Shown here: positions 1-8,738 of the stretch, one piece after another
Layout of the letters: each line of letters opens with the position of its first letter
Numbering within the stretch: position 1 is the stretch's first letter
NCBI GenBank assembly: GCA_003557485.1
Contig: PWOI01000179.1
Span: 13,789 to 77,788 of the forward strand
Length of the DNA stretch: 64,000 nucleotides
Direction of reading: 5' to 3'
From: Elusimicrobiota bacterium
GTDB taxonomy: Bacteria > CG03 > SLGR01 > PWQF01
Notes under the pieces: model-generated
Told to the model about the DNA's origin: nothing
The model's input: the letters and a program-made list of their open reading frames with translations, nothing else
Databases searched by the model: none
Program-made: the position numbers and the translations under genes

Positions 1-3000
1 TTGTTAGGGTTGTTAGTTTTTGTCTGTTTTAATCTATATGCGGAAAGTCCGCCTGCTCCTTCAGAATTAAGTTTAAGAGTTGAGGGAACATCAGGGTCAG
101 GTATTCCGGAAAATTATGCAGGCATAGAGAATCCTTATCCGCAATTTAGTTGGGACTCCGCTAATCAGGAGGCTTTTCAGATTCAGCTTGGAATAGGGAA
201 TCCTGCAAATCCGTATAATGTTATATGGGATACGGAAAAAGTTATATCATCTAACAGTTACTGCTATTATGACGGTTCGGAACCCCTTCAATCCAGAGAA
301 CGATATCACTGGCGTGTGAGAATATGGGACAATAATGACCCCGAAGCGTCTCCTTCAGACTGGGCTCTGGACTCTCCTTCTTTTGAAATGAATACCTTTA
401 TATTTAACCGGGACTTTGAACCTATTGGTAATCAGAGTCCGGCGTTTGCTTTCGGGGATGTAACTGGCAACGGTCTGAGAGATATAGTTATCTCCGCTCA
501 TACCGGAACTACGGGGGAATTAATTGTATACGGGAATACTGGCAGCGGCGAATACGAAGCAGTATGGAGTACAGATTCGGTTGTTTCCGAATCAATAGCG
601 CTTGCAGACCTTAACTCCAATGGCTCTCTCGACTTGATAGTGCTTAACAGGCAATCGGCTATGGACAGTCTCTATATTTTCAAAAACAAGGGAGACGGTA
701 CTTTCGAAAAAATATTTCAGAGGACGGGTGACGGAAGCAGAGCTGTAGCTGTAGGGGATATTAATAGAAATGGTAGAATTGATATTGTTGAGGCATTTTA
801 CGGTGTAAACCGGGTTTGGTTAAACAGGAAAGAAAACTTTGATTTTACAGAGTATACTTTTGGAGGAAATAAAAATAATAATGATATTGCACTGGCAGAT
901 CTTAATGGAAATGGATATCTTGATCTTATAGTAGCTAACAGCGGGGCAAATGAAGTTTATCTTAATACGGGTCAATTAAATTCACCATTTGAAAACACAG
1001 CTGATTGGAACGACGAATCTCTTACTCCGGTTACAAGTAATTCGTTGGTGGTTATTGATATAAACGGAAATGGACTCTGGGATTTTGTCATAGGTGGCAG
1101 AATAGGCGACGATCCGGCTTTTTACAGGCTTTATATGAATGAAGGTGACGGTACTTTTAATGGCGATGGGACTACCGAACCATACGATGCCGATTCAAGG
1201 GCACTTACATCGGGTGACATAAATAATAACGGGTTACTGGACCTTGCAGACGGGAATCTGGATAGGGACCTTATTCTTATTAATGAAGGAGGTAGTTTCG
1301 ATCTGTTAAATGAAGGTTTTTATTCTAATGAACAGACTTACCGCGCAGTTCTTGCAGATTTTACGGGAAACGGGAAAGCAGACCTCCTTAGAGGGTTTAC
1401 AGATTCTAAAAGCAAACTGCTTATACAGGTTCCGGATGACTTGTATGTTCCCTATGAGCCTCCCGCTCCCCCGACAGATAATTTTGCAGGATATTACTCA
1501 ACTAGTACAGGAAAACTGCATTTAAGCTGGGGGCACGGGGAGAGCGGGTTTACTCCCCAGAGTCAGCTTTCCTACAATATACGCATAGGAACCTATCCGG
1601 GAGGAGGCAGTATTATCTCCGGCGCTCTGGGCTCAACTGATAATTCAGGGTCATTTTGGGGCAATATAGGACGTTCAACATATGTAAATCTGCAAGTTGA
1701 CCCACAAACTTTTTTCTGGAGTGTACAGGCTATTGATGGAGTTAAAAATGCCGGCCAATGGTCGGTTGAACATATAATTAATACTCCGCCGTCAATTGGT
1801 TGGGCCGAGGAGGGAGTTCTTCTTTCAACTTGCGCGCGCCAGTGGAGTTTTGACAAAATTACCGATAAAGAATATTTAACTTTCATATATCATGAAGATC
1901 GCAGAGGACTTATAGACATAGACTTTAGGGTAAGTGATATTGAGGGAAACAGGGTGAGGCTTACCGGGTTTTCGTATTCCACTGCCGGAGCCGACGGAAC
2001 ATGGTATGACGTTGCCGATGATAGCCCGAATCTGACTCTTTCAGGTAATCAGGAAACGTCCAACTGGCCGGATAAAAATGGAGAGTGGTTTAAGGCAACC
2101 GGAGATCTGGAAACGGAACATATGTTTACTTTTACTGCAGCTGATATGCTTAGGGATGAAGGCATTATAACAGGCAATAATTATAACTTTAAAACTTCCT
2201 CTTTTACTGTTAGGTTTACGGTTGTTGATGAACATGATGCCGAATCCGAGCCCGTGGTATCGGAATACTTTTCTGTTGATTTGAAGAGCCCCTCTGTTCC
2301 CGGATCCCTTATCACAACCGGAACTTACGATAAAGATTCTATTACTCTTGAGTTCAGCACACCTTCTGCCGATGATAACTTTAAAAAATATATGATTTTT
2401 TACGGTGAGACTCCGGGTGAAGCAGGTCATTATTACCCGGGTTACGGTACTATACATGCCGATGAAGCTCTTTTGAGTTATGATTTCGCAGGCGCCACGT
2501 CAACTGTCTTCGAGGGATTAAATCCAGACACCACCTATTATTTCAGAATATGGGCCTATGATAAATTCGGTAATTACAGCAGGCAGCCGGAAGAAGAGAT
2601 AACCGTTCGGAAAACAAACCATCCTCCAGATATTGAAATATATTCCGTATACCAGGCAACCGACGGAAGCGGGCTGGTCTATATTTCCTTCACCGGGTTT
2701 GATAACGATGTTGAATATTCAAGTTATTCCTGGAGCCAGTGCACCTTCAGCTTAGGGGGAAGTACATACGAAATGAAGCCTTCTACCGGTAATATTCTTT
2801 TTTCCGGAGAGCCGCTGCTCTTTACAAAAGATGTCTCTACTTCTGTTTTTGTATGGGATGCCGGACAGCAGCTTGCAGAGTTAACGGCCCTGTCGGATAA
2901 TATACAGGTGAATATTACTCTTACTGTTTTTGACGGAAGAGATACGGGATCAGCGGGATATTCTAATTTTAATGTAGACAATAAACCTCCATATTTTGAG

Positions 3001-5793
3001 GCTGGAGACCTGGAAATAGGGGAAGTTACTTCAGGGACTATAGAATGGCTTTGGCCAAGGGCCGTTGAGGAGAATTTTGTCAGGTACGAGCTTTGGTATT
3101 CTTCCGTAAGCGCTGAATCAGTCATTAACAGGTCAACACAAACGGCGCATTTTGAAACATTTGTAGATATCAATAAGACTGATGATATTACAGAAGAACT
3201 TCTTTCCCAAACACGGTACTGGGGGCAGGTTTGGGCTTATGACGGGCTGGGTTATGAAACCTATACATCAACGGTCTCACGAACTACCGGTTATCCTCCA
3301 AGTCTCTGGGTTTCGGCTCAGCCGGATCCAAAACGGGACGGCAGCGGCCACGTTGAATTTGAAGTTAAAATAAATGATCCTGATGGGTACGACAACTGGA
3401 TAAGTGTCAAGTTTTCTACAGATGGTGTTCTATTCCATAATGCCCACATAGGTCAAATAACAGATAAGGACGGAATACAGCGCACACCCTATAACATTGA
3501 GGAATACCAGATAAGCGGTATTCCTACAAAAGAAGGTGAGGACCTTATTACCAATACTCTGGTGATACGCTGGGATTCGAAAGACCAGCTTCCGGGTCAT
3601 ACATACGGATTGGATGGGCAGAATCACGAAAATGTCTATCTGCGTATAACTCCTTTTGATGGTTATTCAACAGGTGAAAGCACGCAGACCCAGGCCGTGC
3701 GAATAGATAATTCCAGGCCCGAACTTATAGTTTTTGATGATCCTGATCCTCTTATTAAAAGTTATAGTTGGTATAGTCACGATGATAGTGAATTAACGCT
3801 TTATTTTCATGGCGAATACGGCGAGCAAGGTGAATTTTTGTATGTGAGTACCGCATCTGTTGATTTTTCAAAAATTATGGTTTCAACAGGTACCGGACAG
3901 CCAGGGCAGTATATAGATCTTGAAGGTTCTGATGTTGAATTCTCGTTATGCGGAGATTATGTTCATATTACAATAACCGATACACACAGAAACTGGATTG
4001 CAAGACGTGATGGGGAGGGGAAGAGAGAAAATGTTTTTCTCAGGCTTTTATCCGGTGCTGTTGTTGACAGTTACGGTAATCCCAATATAGAGGAAGAACA
4101 GGTTAATTTTCACTGGATTGATAAAAGTGATCCAGTTTATCGATCTAATTACCTGACTTGGTATCCTGCCTGGTATTCGTATCCTTTTGATACTTTACCT
4201 CAGCTTACGACAGCTACCTATGAAATTATAGGAGGGGATATCAAGCTTAAACTGGAATTTGATGAGTATATGGATGTGCGCAGTTTTAGGGATACTGATT
4301 TAAGTTCAATAGTTATTTATGCGACATCACCATTTGACAGCAGGGATCTTTCTCATGATGAGAATATAACTGTTTTAACAGAGGAAAGTGATTCAAAGAT
4401 AATTGAATTTGACATACCTACGGGATTTCATCTGCTGATATGGGATTTTCAGGACGGAAATTTGTTTCTTTCCATTCCTGAAGAAAGCGACCTTAGGGAT
4501 TTATCAGGAAATCATTTGCTTGAGATTTCAACTGATGGTTCCCGCAGGATAGAAACACCATCGGAAGAAGATGCGCCGACTGTCAGTACGCAGACTGTTT
4601 CTCCGAAACCCGGAGAATATAATGTGTCAAAGACAACAAGTATTTATGTTGGATTCAGTACTTTTCTTGTTGATGACCCCCCGGAGAGAAAAAGTCCCAG
4701 GGAAAGTATAAATATCCGTCAGATTGAAGGGCCTACAGGCGAAAAATTAAGTAATGAAATATCGCCCGAAATAATAGTATACTGTAGAGAAGACAAACTT
4801 CTTGAATTTGTTCCTTCGAAACCCTTTCCGGGAAATTCCCTGATTGAAGTTACCATTGATGGGAATGAGATCTCTAATTTTTTTGGGGAACATATGGAGG
4901 AGGATTTTATATGGAGATTCAGGACGCAGTTGGATAGAGGGAAAGATAATCTTATAAGAAGCCCTTCGGGCATAGTTGAAATACTTGTTCCCGCTGGTCA
5001 GTTTGTATCAGACGGCGTAATAAATTTTACTGAAGGAATACCGTCCAAAGATCCCCATGATAAGGTATCAATAGATGCCTACAATGAGGCAGTAAGAAAA
5101 GAGAGATCTTGGGGTAACCCTTATAAATACCCTATAGAGGAGTTGAGCTTTGAGGTTCTTTTTTCAACTGATAGGAATAATCATTTTGACAGGGTTGCAT
5201 TCACGGAGAATGCGCAGATAACTATAAACTACTCAACGGTTATAATAAGCGGCTTAACGAAAACAGGAACCTGGGACTATATTCGTTCTGATTCAAAAGA
5301 TTACCGGCACAGTCCTCCTGTCGCTGAAAAGACTTTGCGAATCTATTACCTGGATGAGGACTCCCGGATGTGGCGCCCTCTTGCCTCGGAAGTAGATACG
5401 GACGAAAAAACCATTACGGCACCTATGAGGCATTTTAGTATTTATACTGTTATGGGAGGGAAGAATTACAGTGCCGAAGATGCCTATGCGTATCCGGTTC
5501 CCTATAAACCCTCGGAAATACCAGAAGATTTTAAAGGCGACCCGGCAAGATCCGGAATAAGGTTTACGCGCCTTCCCTCAGAGTGCGAAATAGAAATATA
5601 TACAATTTCAGGCCGGCTGGTAAATTCGTTTACCCATTCTGACGACAATCTGCTTCCGGGAGCGCAGGCAGGAAGCAGTTACTGGTACCCGGTGGAAAAC
5701 AGAAACGGACGGCCTTTAGAGAGCGGTGTTTATATATATGTGGTTGAAAGTTCCGGAAACAGGAAAAGCGGAAAGCTTATGATAATACGATGA
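1..5793 (+). CDS. Giant secreted cell-surface protein (at least 1930 aa): signal-peptide-like N-terminus, about 8 FG-GAP/VCBS beta-propeller repeats, multiple FN3/Ig-like domains, C-terminal type IX secretion (Por) sorting domain. True start is at or slightly upstream of the window edge.
   Basis: Uninterrupted ORF from position 1. Repeated D-x-N/T-G-N-G-x-x-D-hydrophobic motifs (DVTGNGLRDIVIS, DLNSNGSLDLIVLN, DINRNGRIDIV, DLNGNGYLDLIVAN, DINGNGLWDFVIG). C-terminal YPVPYKP...IEIYTISGRLV...SGVYIYVVES...GKLMIIR matches the T9SS C-terminal-domain pattern. A hydrophobic N-terminus precedes AESPP. Confidence 0.85.
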   Translation: MLGLLVFVCFNLYAESPPAPSELSLRVEGTSGSGIPENYAGIENPYPQFSWDSANQEAFQIQLGIGNPANPYNVIWDTEKVISSNSYCYYDGSEPLQSRERYHWRVRIWDNNDPEASPSDWALDSPSFEMNTFIFNRDFEPIGNQSPAFAFGDVTGNGLRDIVISAHTGTTGELIVYGNTGSGEYEAVWSTDSVVSESIALADLNSNGSLDLIVLNRQSAMDSLYIFKNKGDGTFEKIFQRTGDGSRAVAVGDINRNGRIDIVEAFYGVNRVWLNRKENFDFTEYTFGGNKNNNDIALADLNGNGYLDLIVANSGANEVYLNTGQLNSPFENTADWNDESLTPVTSNSLVVIDINGNGLWDFVIGGRIGDDPAFYRLYMNEGDGTFNGDGTTEPYDADSRALTSGDINNNGLLDLADGNLDRDLILINEGGSFDLLNEGFYSNEQTYRAVLADFTGNGKADLLRGFTDSKSKLLIQVPDDLYVPYEPPAPPTDNFAGYYSTSTGKLHLSWGHGESGFTPQSQLSYNIRIGTYPGGGSIISGALGSTDNSGSFWGNIGRSTYVNLQVDPQTFFWSVQAIDGVKNAGQWSVEHIINTPPSIGWAEEGVLLSTCARQWSFDKITDKEYLTFIYHEDRRGLIDIDFRVSDIEGNRVRLTGFSYSTAGADGTWYDVADDSPNLTLSGNQETSNWPDKNGEWFKATGDLETEHMFTFTAADMLRDEGIITGNNYNFKTSSFTVRFTVVDEHDAESEPVVSEYFSVDLKSPSVPGSLITTGTYDKDSITLEFSTPSADDNFKKYMIFYGETPGEAGHYYPGYGTIHADEALLSYDFAGATSTVFEGLNPDTTYYFRIWAYDKFGNYSRQPEEEITVRKTNHPPDIEIYSVYQATDGSGLVYISFTGFDNDVEYSSYSWSQCTFSLGGSTYEMKPSTGNILFSGEPLLFTKDVSTSVFVWDAGQQLAELTALSDNIQVNITLTVFDGRDTGSAGYSNFNVDNKPPYFEAGDLEIGEVTSGTIEWLWPRAVEENFVRYELWYSSVSAESVINRSTQTAHFETFVDINKTDDITEELLSQTRYWGQVWAYDGLGYETYTSTVSRTTGYPPSLWVSAQPDPKRDGSGHVEFEVKINDPDGYDNWISVKFSTDGVLFHNAHIGQITDKDGIQRTPYNIEEYQISGIPTKEGEDLITNTLVIRWDSKDQLPGHTYGLDGQNHENVYLRITPFDGYSTGESTQTQAVRIDNSRPELIVFDDPDPLIKSYSWYSHDDSELTLYFHGEYGEQGEFLYVSTASVDFSKIMVSTGTGQPGQYIDLEGSDVEFSLCGDYVHITITDTHRNWIARRDGEGKRENVFLRLLSGAVVDSYGNPNIEEEQVNFHWIDKSDPVYRSNYLTWYPAWYSYPFDTLPQLTTATYEIIGGDIKLKLEFDEYMDVRSFRDTDLSSIVIYATSPFDSRDLSHDENITVLTEESDSKIIEFDIPTGFHLLIWDFQDGNLFLSIPEESDLRDLSGNHLLEISTDGSRRIETPSEEDAPTVSTQTVSPKPGEYNVSKTTSIYVGFSTFLVDDPPERKSPRESINIRQIEGPTGEKLSNEISPEIIVYCREDKLLEFVPSKPFPGNSLIEVTIDGNEISNFFGEHMEEDFIWRFRTQLDRGKDNLIRSPSGIVEILVPAGQFVSDGVINFTEGIPSKDPHDKVSIDAYNEAVRKERSWGNPYKYPIEELSFEVLFSTDRNNHFDRVAFTENAQITINYSTVIISGLTKTGTWDYIRSDSKDYRHSPPVAEKTLRIYYLDEDSRMWRPLASEVDTDEKTITAPMRHFSIYTVMGGKNYSAEDAYAYPVPYKPSEIPEDFKGDPARSGIRFTRLPSECEIEIYTISGRLVNSFTHSDDNLLPGAQAGSSYWYPVENRNGRPLESGVYIYVVESSGNRKSGKLMIIR

Positions 5794-6857
5794 AAAGGAT
5801 TATTATAAAATCTATTTTTTCTTTTGCCGCAATTATAATAGTTGCAACTGCTCCCGTATTCTCTGTTTTCGGAGACGGGCCCGGAAGCACAGGATATGAT
5901 TTTCTCAATATACCCATAGGTGCGCGCCGCATAGGAATGGCCGCCGGGACAGCCGTAACCGGAGATAGTGACATATACTGGTGGAATCCTGCCGGGGTGG
6001 CATATGTGGAAAGGCCAGTTGTGAGCCTGATGCATAACCAGTTTATAGAAGGCATAAGCCAGCAGAGAGCAGGGTTCACGTTTCCGATGGAGGGCATGTC
6101 GGCGGGCGCTGTTAACCTTACAATGTTGTCGTATGGTGATATAGACGGGTATGACTGGGACGGCAGTCCGACCGGAGGGGTTTCTGCCGGAAGTTACAGT
6201 ATATCCTATACTCAGGCAAAAAGATTTACTTATGATACTGCTGCTGGCTTAAGTTTAAAAGTTATACATGAACAGCTTGATGATGAAAGCGCCTTTGCCG
6301 CAGCTCTTGACGGTGGAGCTTTGTTTGAACCATATGAAGGAGTTTCTGTGGGGCTGGGATGGAGGAACCTCGGCGTAAGCGGTAATTTTATTGATGAGGC
6401 GCCACAGCTTCCTTTATCCTTGTTTTTCGGAGCCGGGTTGAGACTTAATTATTTTACTCTTTTTGTAACAGATATTTCTTATCTGGACGGAGAACTTAAA
6501 TATGGTGCAGGGGTAGAGCTTAGTCTATGGGACTCTTTCTTTTTCCGTGGCGGTTGGGAAAGTTTTGCTGATGTTGATGAGACCTTCCGGCTTGGAGCGG
6601 GCTGGAGCTTCCGGGGAACCGGTATAAATTATGCGTTTGCTCCTTATGATAAGTTCGGCAGTACTCATAGGATGGATATAAGCTTTCAATTTGGTGAGCC
6701 GCCGCTTATAGAGAGAATATACCGCAGGGGGCAGAGTTTATATAGGCAGGAGAAATTTGAAGAAGCCTGGGTTGAATTCAATAAGGTAAAAGCTTTAAAC
6801 TCCAGGTATAAACGCATAAATTACTGGGTTGAAAGAGTGGAGGATGAAATAAAATAA
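5790..6857 (+). CDS. FadL/TodX/PorV-family outer-membrane beta-barrel protein (355 aa), start overlapping the stop of the T9SS cargo gene (ATGA)
   Basis: Signal peptide followed by the N-terminal motif IGARRIGMAAGTAVTGDSDIYWWNPAGVAY, characteristic of the FadL/OMPP1 hatch region (G-x-G-x-A-x-x-A-D-D-A...NPA). Alternating amphipathic beta-strand pattern with a terminal aromatic residue. Position immediately after a T9SS cargo suggests a PorV-like shuttle. Confidence 0.6.
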   Translation: MKRIIIKSIFSFAAIIIVATAPVFSVFGDGPGSTGYDFLNIPIGARRIGMAAGTAVTGDSDIYWWNPAGVAYVERPVVSLMHNQFIEGISQQRAGFTFPMEGMSAGAVNLTMLSYGDIDGYDWDGSPTGGVSAGSYSISYTQAKRFTYDTAAGLSLKVIHEQLDDESAFAAALDGGALFEPYEGVSVGLGWRNLGVSGNFIDEAPQLPLSLFFGAGLRLNYFTLFVTDISYLDGELKYGAGVELSLWDSFFFRGGWESFADVDETFRLGAGWSFRGTGINYAFAPYDKFGSTHRMDISFQFGEPPLIERIYRRGQSLYRQEKFEEAWVEFNKVKALNSRYKRINYWVERVEDEIK

Positions 6858-6875
6858 AGCGGACACTGTTTTGTC

Positions 6876-6904
6876 TTGACAAAATCGGATATGCGTGTTA
6901 TTAA
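6876..6904 (+). promoter_or_regulatory. sigma70-type promoter: TTGACA, 17-bp spacer, TATTAA(T)
   Basis: TTGACA at 6876-6881. Spacer aaatcggatatgcgtgt (17 nt). TATTAA at 6899-6904. Located in a 273-bp non-coding gap. Confidence 0.45.
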
Positions 6905-6944
6905 TTTAGTGGGAGAGAGAAGGCTCCCATATTAGGTGAAAATT

Positions 6945-7035
6945 TAATATAGCCTGCTGATAAGGGCAACCGTCGGGTAACCGGCGGCTCGCAAAGTCAC
7001 AGCTCCGGGTTAACCGGAGGGCTGGTCTGCCGGTG
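6945..7035 (+). ncRNA. Candidate c-di-GMP-I (GEMM) riboswitch aptamer
   Basis: AAGGGCAACC, then hairpin CCGTCGG-GTAA-CCGGCGG (GNRA-type loop), then CTCGCAAAGTCACAG, then hairpin CTCCGG-GTTAA-CCGGAG. The flanks AGCC and GGCT can form P1. This matches the two-hairpin GEMM-I architecture with GGCAAACC and GACGCAAAGC-like junction sequences. Confidence 0.45.
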
Positions 7036-7085
7036 GGACGTTTAATTTAAACTGCAATATCAAAATTGCAGTAAAAGGAAATTAA

Positions 7086-7123
7086 CGGCCGGTTTGCCTT
7101 TATCAGGTAATCCGGCTGTTTTT
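7086..7123 (+). terminator. Intrinsic terminator-like hairpin plus U5 (riboswitch expression platform), ending 7 nt before the ATG at 7131
   Basis: CGGCCGG (7086-7092) pairs with CCGGCTG (7112-7118), including one G-U wobble. A 19-nt loop is followed by TTTTT (7119-7123). Confidence 0.4.
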
Positions 7124-7130
7124 ATTATAT

Positions 7131-8726
7131 ATGAACAAACTGTTTAAAAATTTAACGGTTTTTTGCCTGGCCCTTATTTACGCGGCCGCGCTGGGGTGGC
7201 TTTGCGTTGGACTGGTTTTTGCCGGTAGCGGCGGAATGCCTGGCGCTTTTATGTCCTGGGGAGCAGGCGCAAGGTCCCTGGGAATGGGAAAGGCTTTTGT
7301 TTCAATTGCTGATGATGCTACGGCTGCGTACTGGAACCCGGCAGGGCTTGCCGGTATTTCCCGTCCCGAACTGACGGCCCTGCATACAATACTCTGGGGC
7401 GGCACGGTTTATGATTTTATAAGTTATGTTCAGCCTACAGAATTCGGGGGGACCTTCGGATTCAGCGGGACCAGGTTGTTTTTGGGCGGTATCGAGGGAA
7501 GGGACTCAGATAACAGAAAAACTTATGACTTTGAAGACATACAGAGCGCTTACGGCATATCATACGGCCAGCGCGTGCTTGATAATCTTTCTGTAGGAGG
7601 CGGATTTAAACGAATGACGCATACTCTCGATGACCATACAAGCGGAAATTATACTATGGATATTGGAGTTCTCTATTCTCCGATTGACAGTCTCAGCCTC
7701 GGTATGAACCTGCAGAATCTTTTTGCAGTTAAGTTTGGAGATTCCACCGATACCAGCCTTCCTATGAACCTGCGCCTGGGCGCAAGCTATAGACTTTTAA
7801 GGGACAGGCTTCTTCTTGCTACTGATTTAGCCGCTTCGGTTTATGGATGGGATATGGGGCTTCCGGTTTTTATGGGAGCCGAGTACAAGGCTATGGATTT
7901 TCTTGATATAAGGTTTGGTGTCGACAGGGAAGAGATAAATATAGGCTTTGGTCTTACATATCTTGATTACGGGTTGGATTATTCATATGCTGCTCACGAT
8001 TTAGGCGGTTCCCACAGGGTTTCCGCAACTGTAAAACTAGGAAGCTCTGTCGAAGAAGCAAAGCGCCGTACTGCCCGGGAACGTGAAGCTGCCGGCGATG
8101 CAGCCTACAGGGCGGGGTTATTCAGAGAGGCTGCCGGATACTATGAGCGCGCTTATGCAATGGATCCTTCTGACAGGGACCTTGCCCGAAAGCTGAATCT
8201 TCTTACAAGAATAGCGCAGGTCATACCTTCTCGTGATGACGACACTCGCGAGGGTGAGCTTTTAAGGAGAGGGCTTAGGGAATATATAGAAGAAAATAAT
8301 ACCGACCTGCTTCTCCTTACACTGAACCATATGCTGGCCCTTGATCCCGGTGACCGTCAGGCGGAAAACCTGCTGCGACTTATCTCTTCAATAGAGGGTA
8401 TCAGCCAGCCAAGGATAAGGGTTGCTTCCGGAATGAGCCTTTCCGAATACAAGCTGCACAGATCTCTGCAACGGTTTTATGAGGGGGAATATGCCAGGGC
8501 GATAGAACTGGCGCAGGATGTTCTTGTTATTGAACCGCGCAACGCTGAAGCCTACAAAAGAATAGGTTCGGCTTTTTATGCAATAGGCAATGAAGAGAGA
8601 GCAGTAGAAAACTGGGAAGAATCGCTTAGAATTAATCCTGCGGATACCCAGCTGGAAAGGTTTCTTGAGAGAGTTCGTGGAGAAGAGGAGAGTCCTCCGG
8701 TAGAAAATATGTTAGATGAGTTTTAA
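7131..8726 (+). CDS. Outer-membrane FadL/PorV-like beta-barrel fused to a C-terminal TPR-repeat domain (531 aa)
   Basis: Signal peptide. GARSLGMGKAFVSIADDATAAYWNPAGLAG hatch motif, paralogous to the 5790 gene. Beta-barrel-like region to about residue 310, then about 200 aa of TPR-like helices (AYRAGLFREAAGYYERAYAMDP..., AYKRIGSAFYAIGNEERAVENWEESLRINP). Confidence 0.7.
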   Translation: MNKLFKNLTVFCLALIYAAALGWLCVGLVFAGSGGMPGAFMSWGAGARSLGMGKAFVSIADDATAAYWNPAGLAGISRPELTALHTILWGGTVYDFISYVQPTEFGGTFGFSGTRLFLGGIEGRDSDNRKTYDFEDIQSAYGISYGQRVLDNLSVGGGFKRMTHTLDDHTSGNYTMDIGVLYSPIDSLSLGMNLQNLFAVKFGDSTDTSLPMNLRLGASYRLLRDRLLLATDLAASVYGWDMGLPVFMGAEYKAMDFLDIRFGVDREEINIGFGLTYLDYGLDYSYAAHDLGGSHRVSATVKLGSSVEEAKRRTAREREAAGDAAYRAGLFREAAGYYERAYAMDPSDRDLARKLNLLTRIAQVIPSRDDDTREGELLRRGLREYIEENNTDLLLLTLNHMLALDPGDRQAENLLRLISSIEGISQPRIRVASGMSLSEYKLHRSLQRFYEGEYARAIELAQDVLVIEPRNAEAYKRIGSAFYAIGNEERAVENWEESLRINPADTQLERFLERVRGEEESPPVENMLDEF

Positions 8727-8738
8727 AGGAATCAAAGC

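Noticed and set aside
1310-1525. Internal alternative-frame + ORFs (for example 1310-1525, 19432-19674, 24101-24301, 36137-36337)
   Set aside because: They are nested inside longer ORFs with strong homology in a different frame and show no independent signal.
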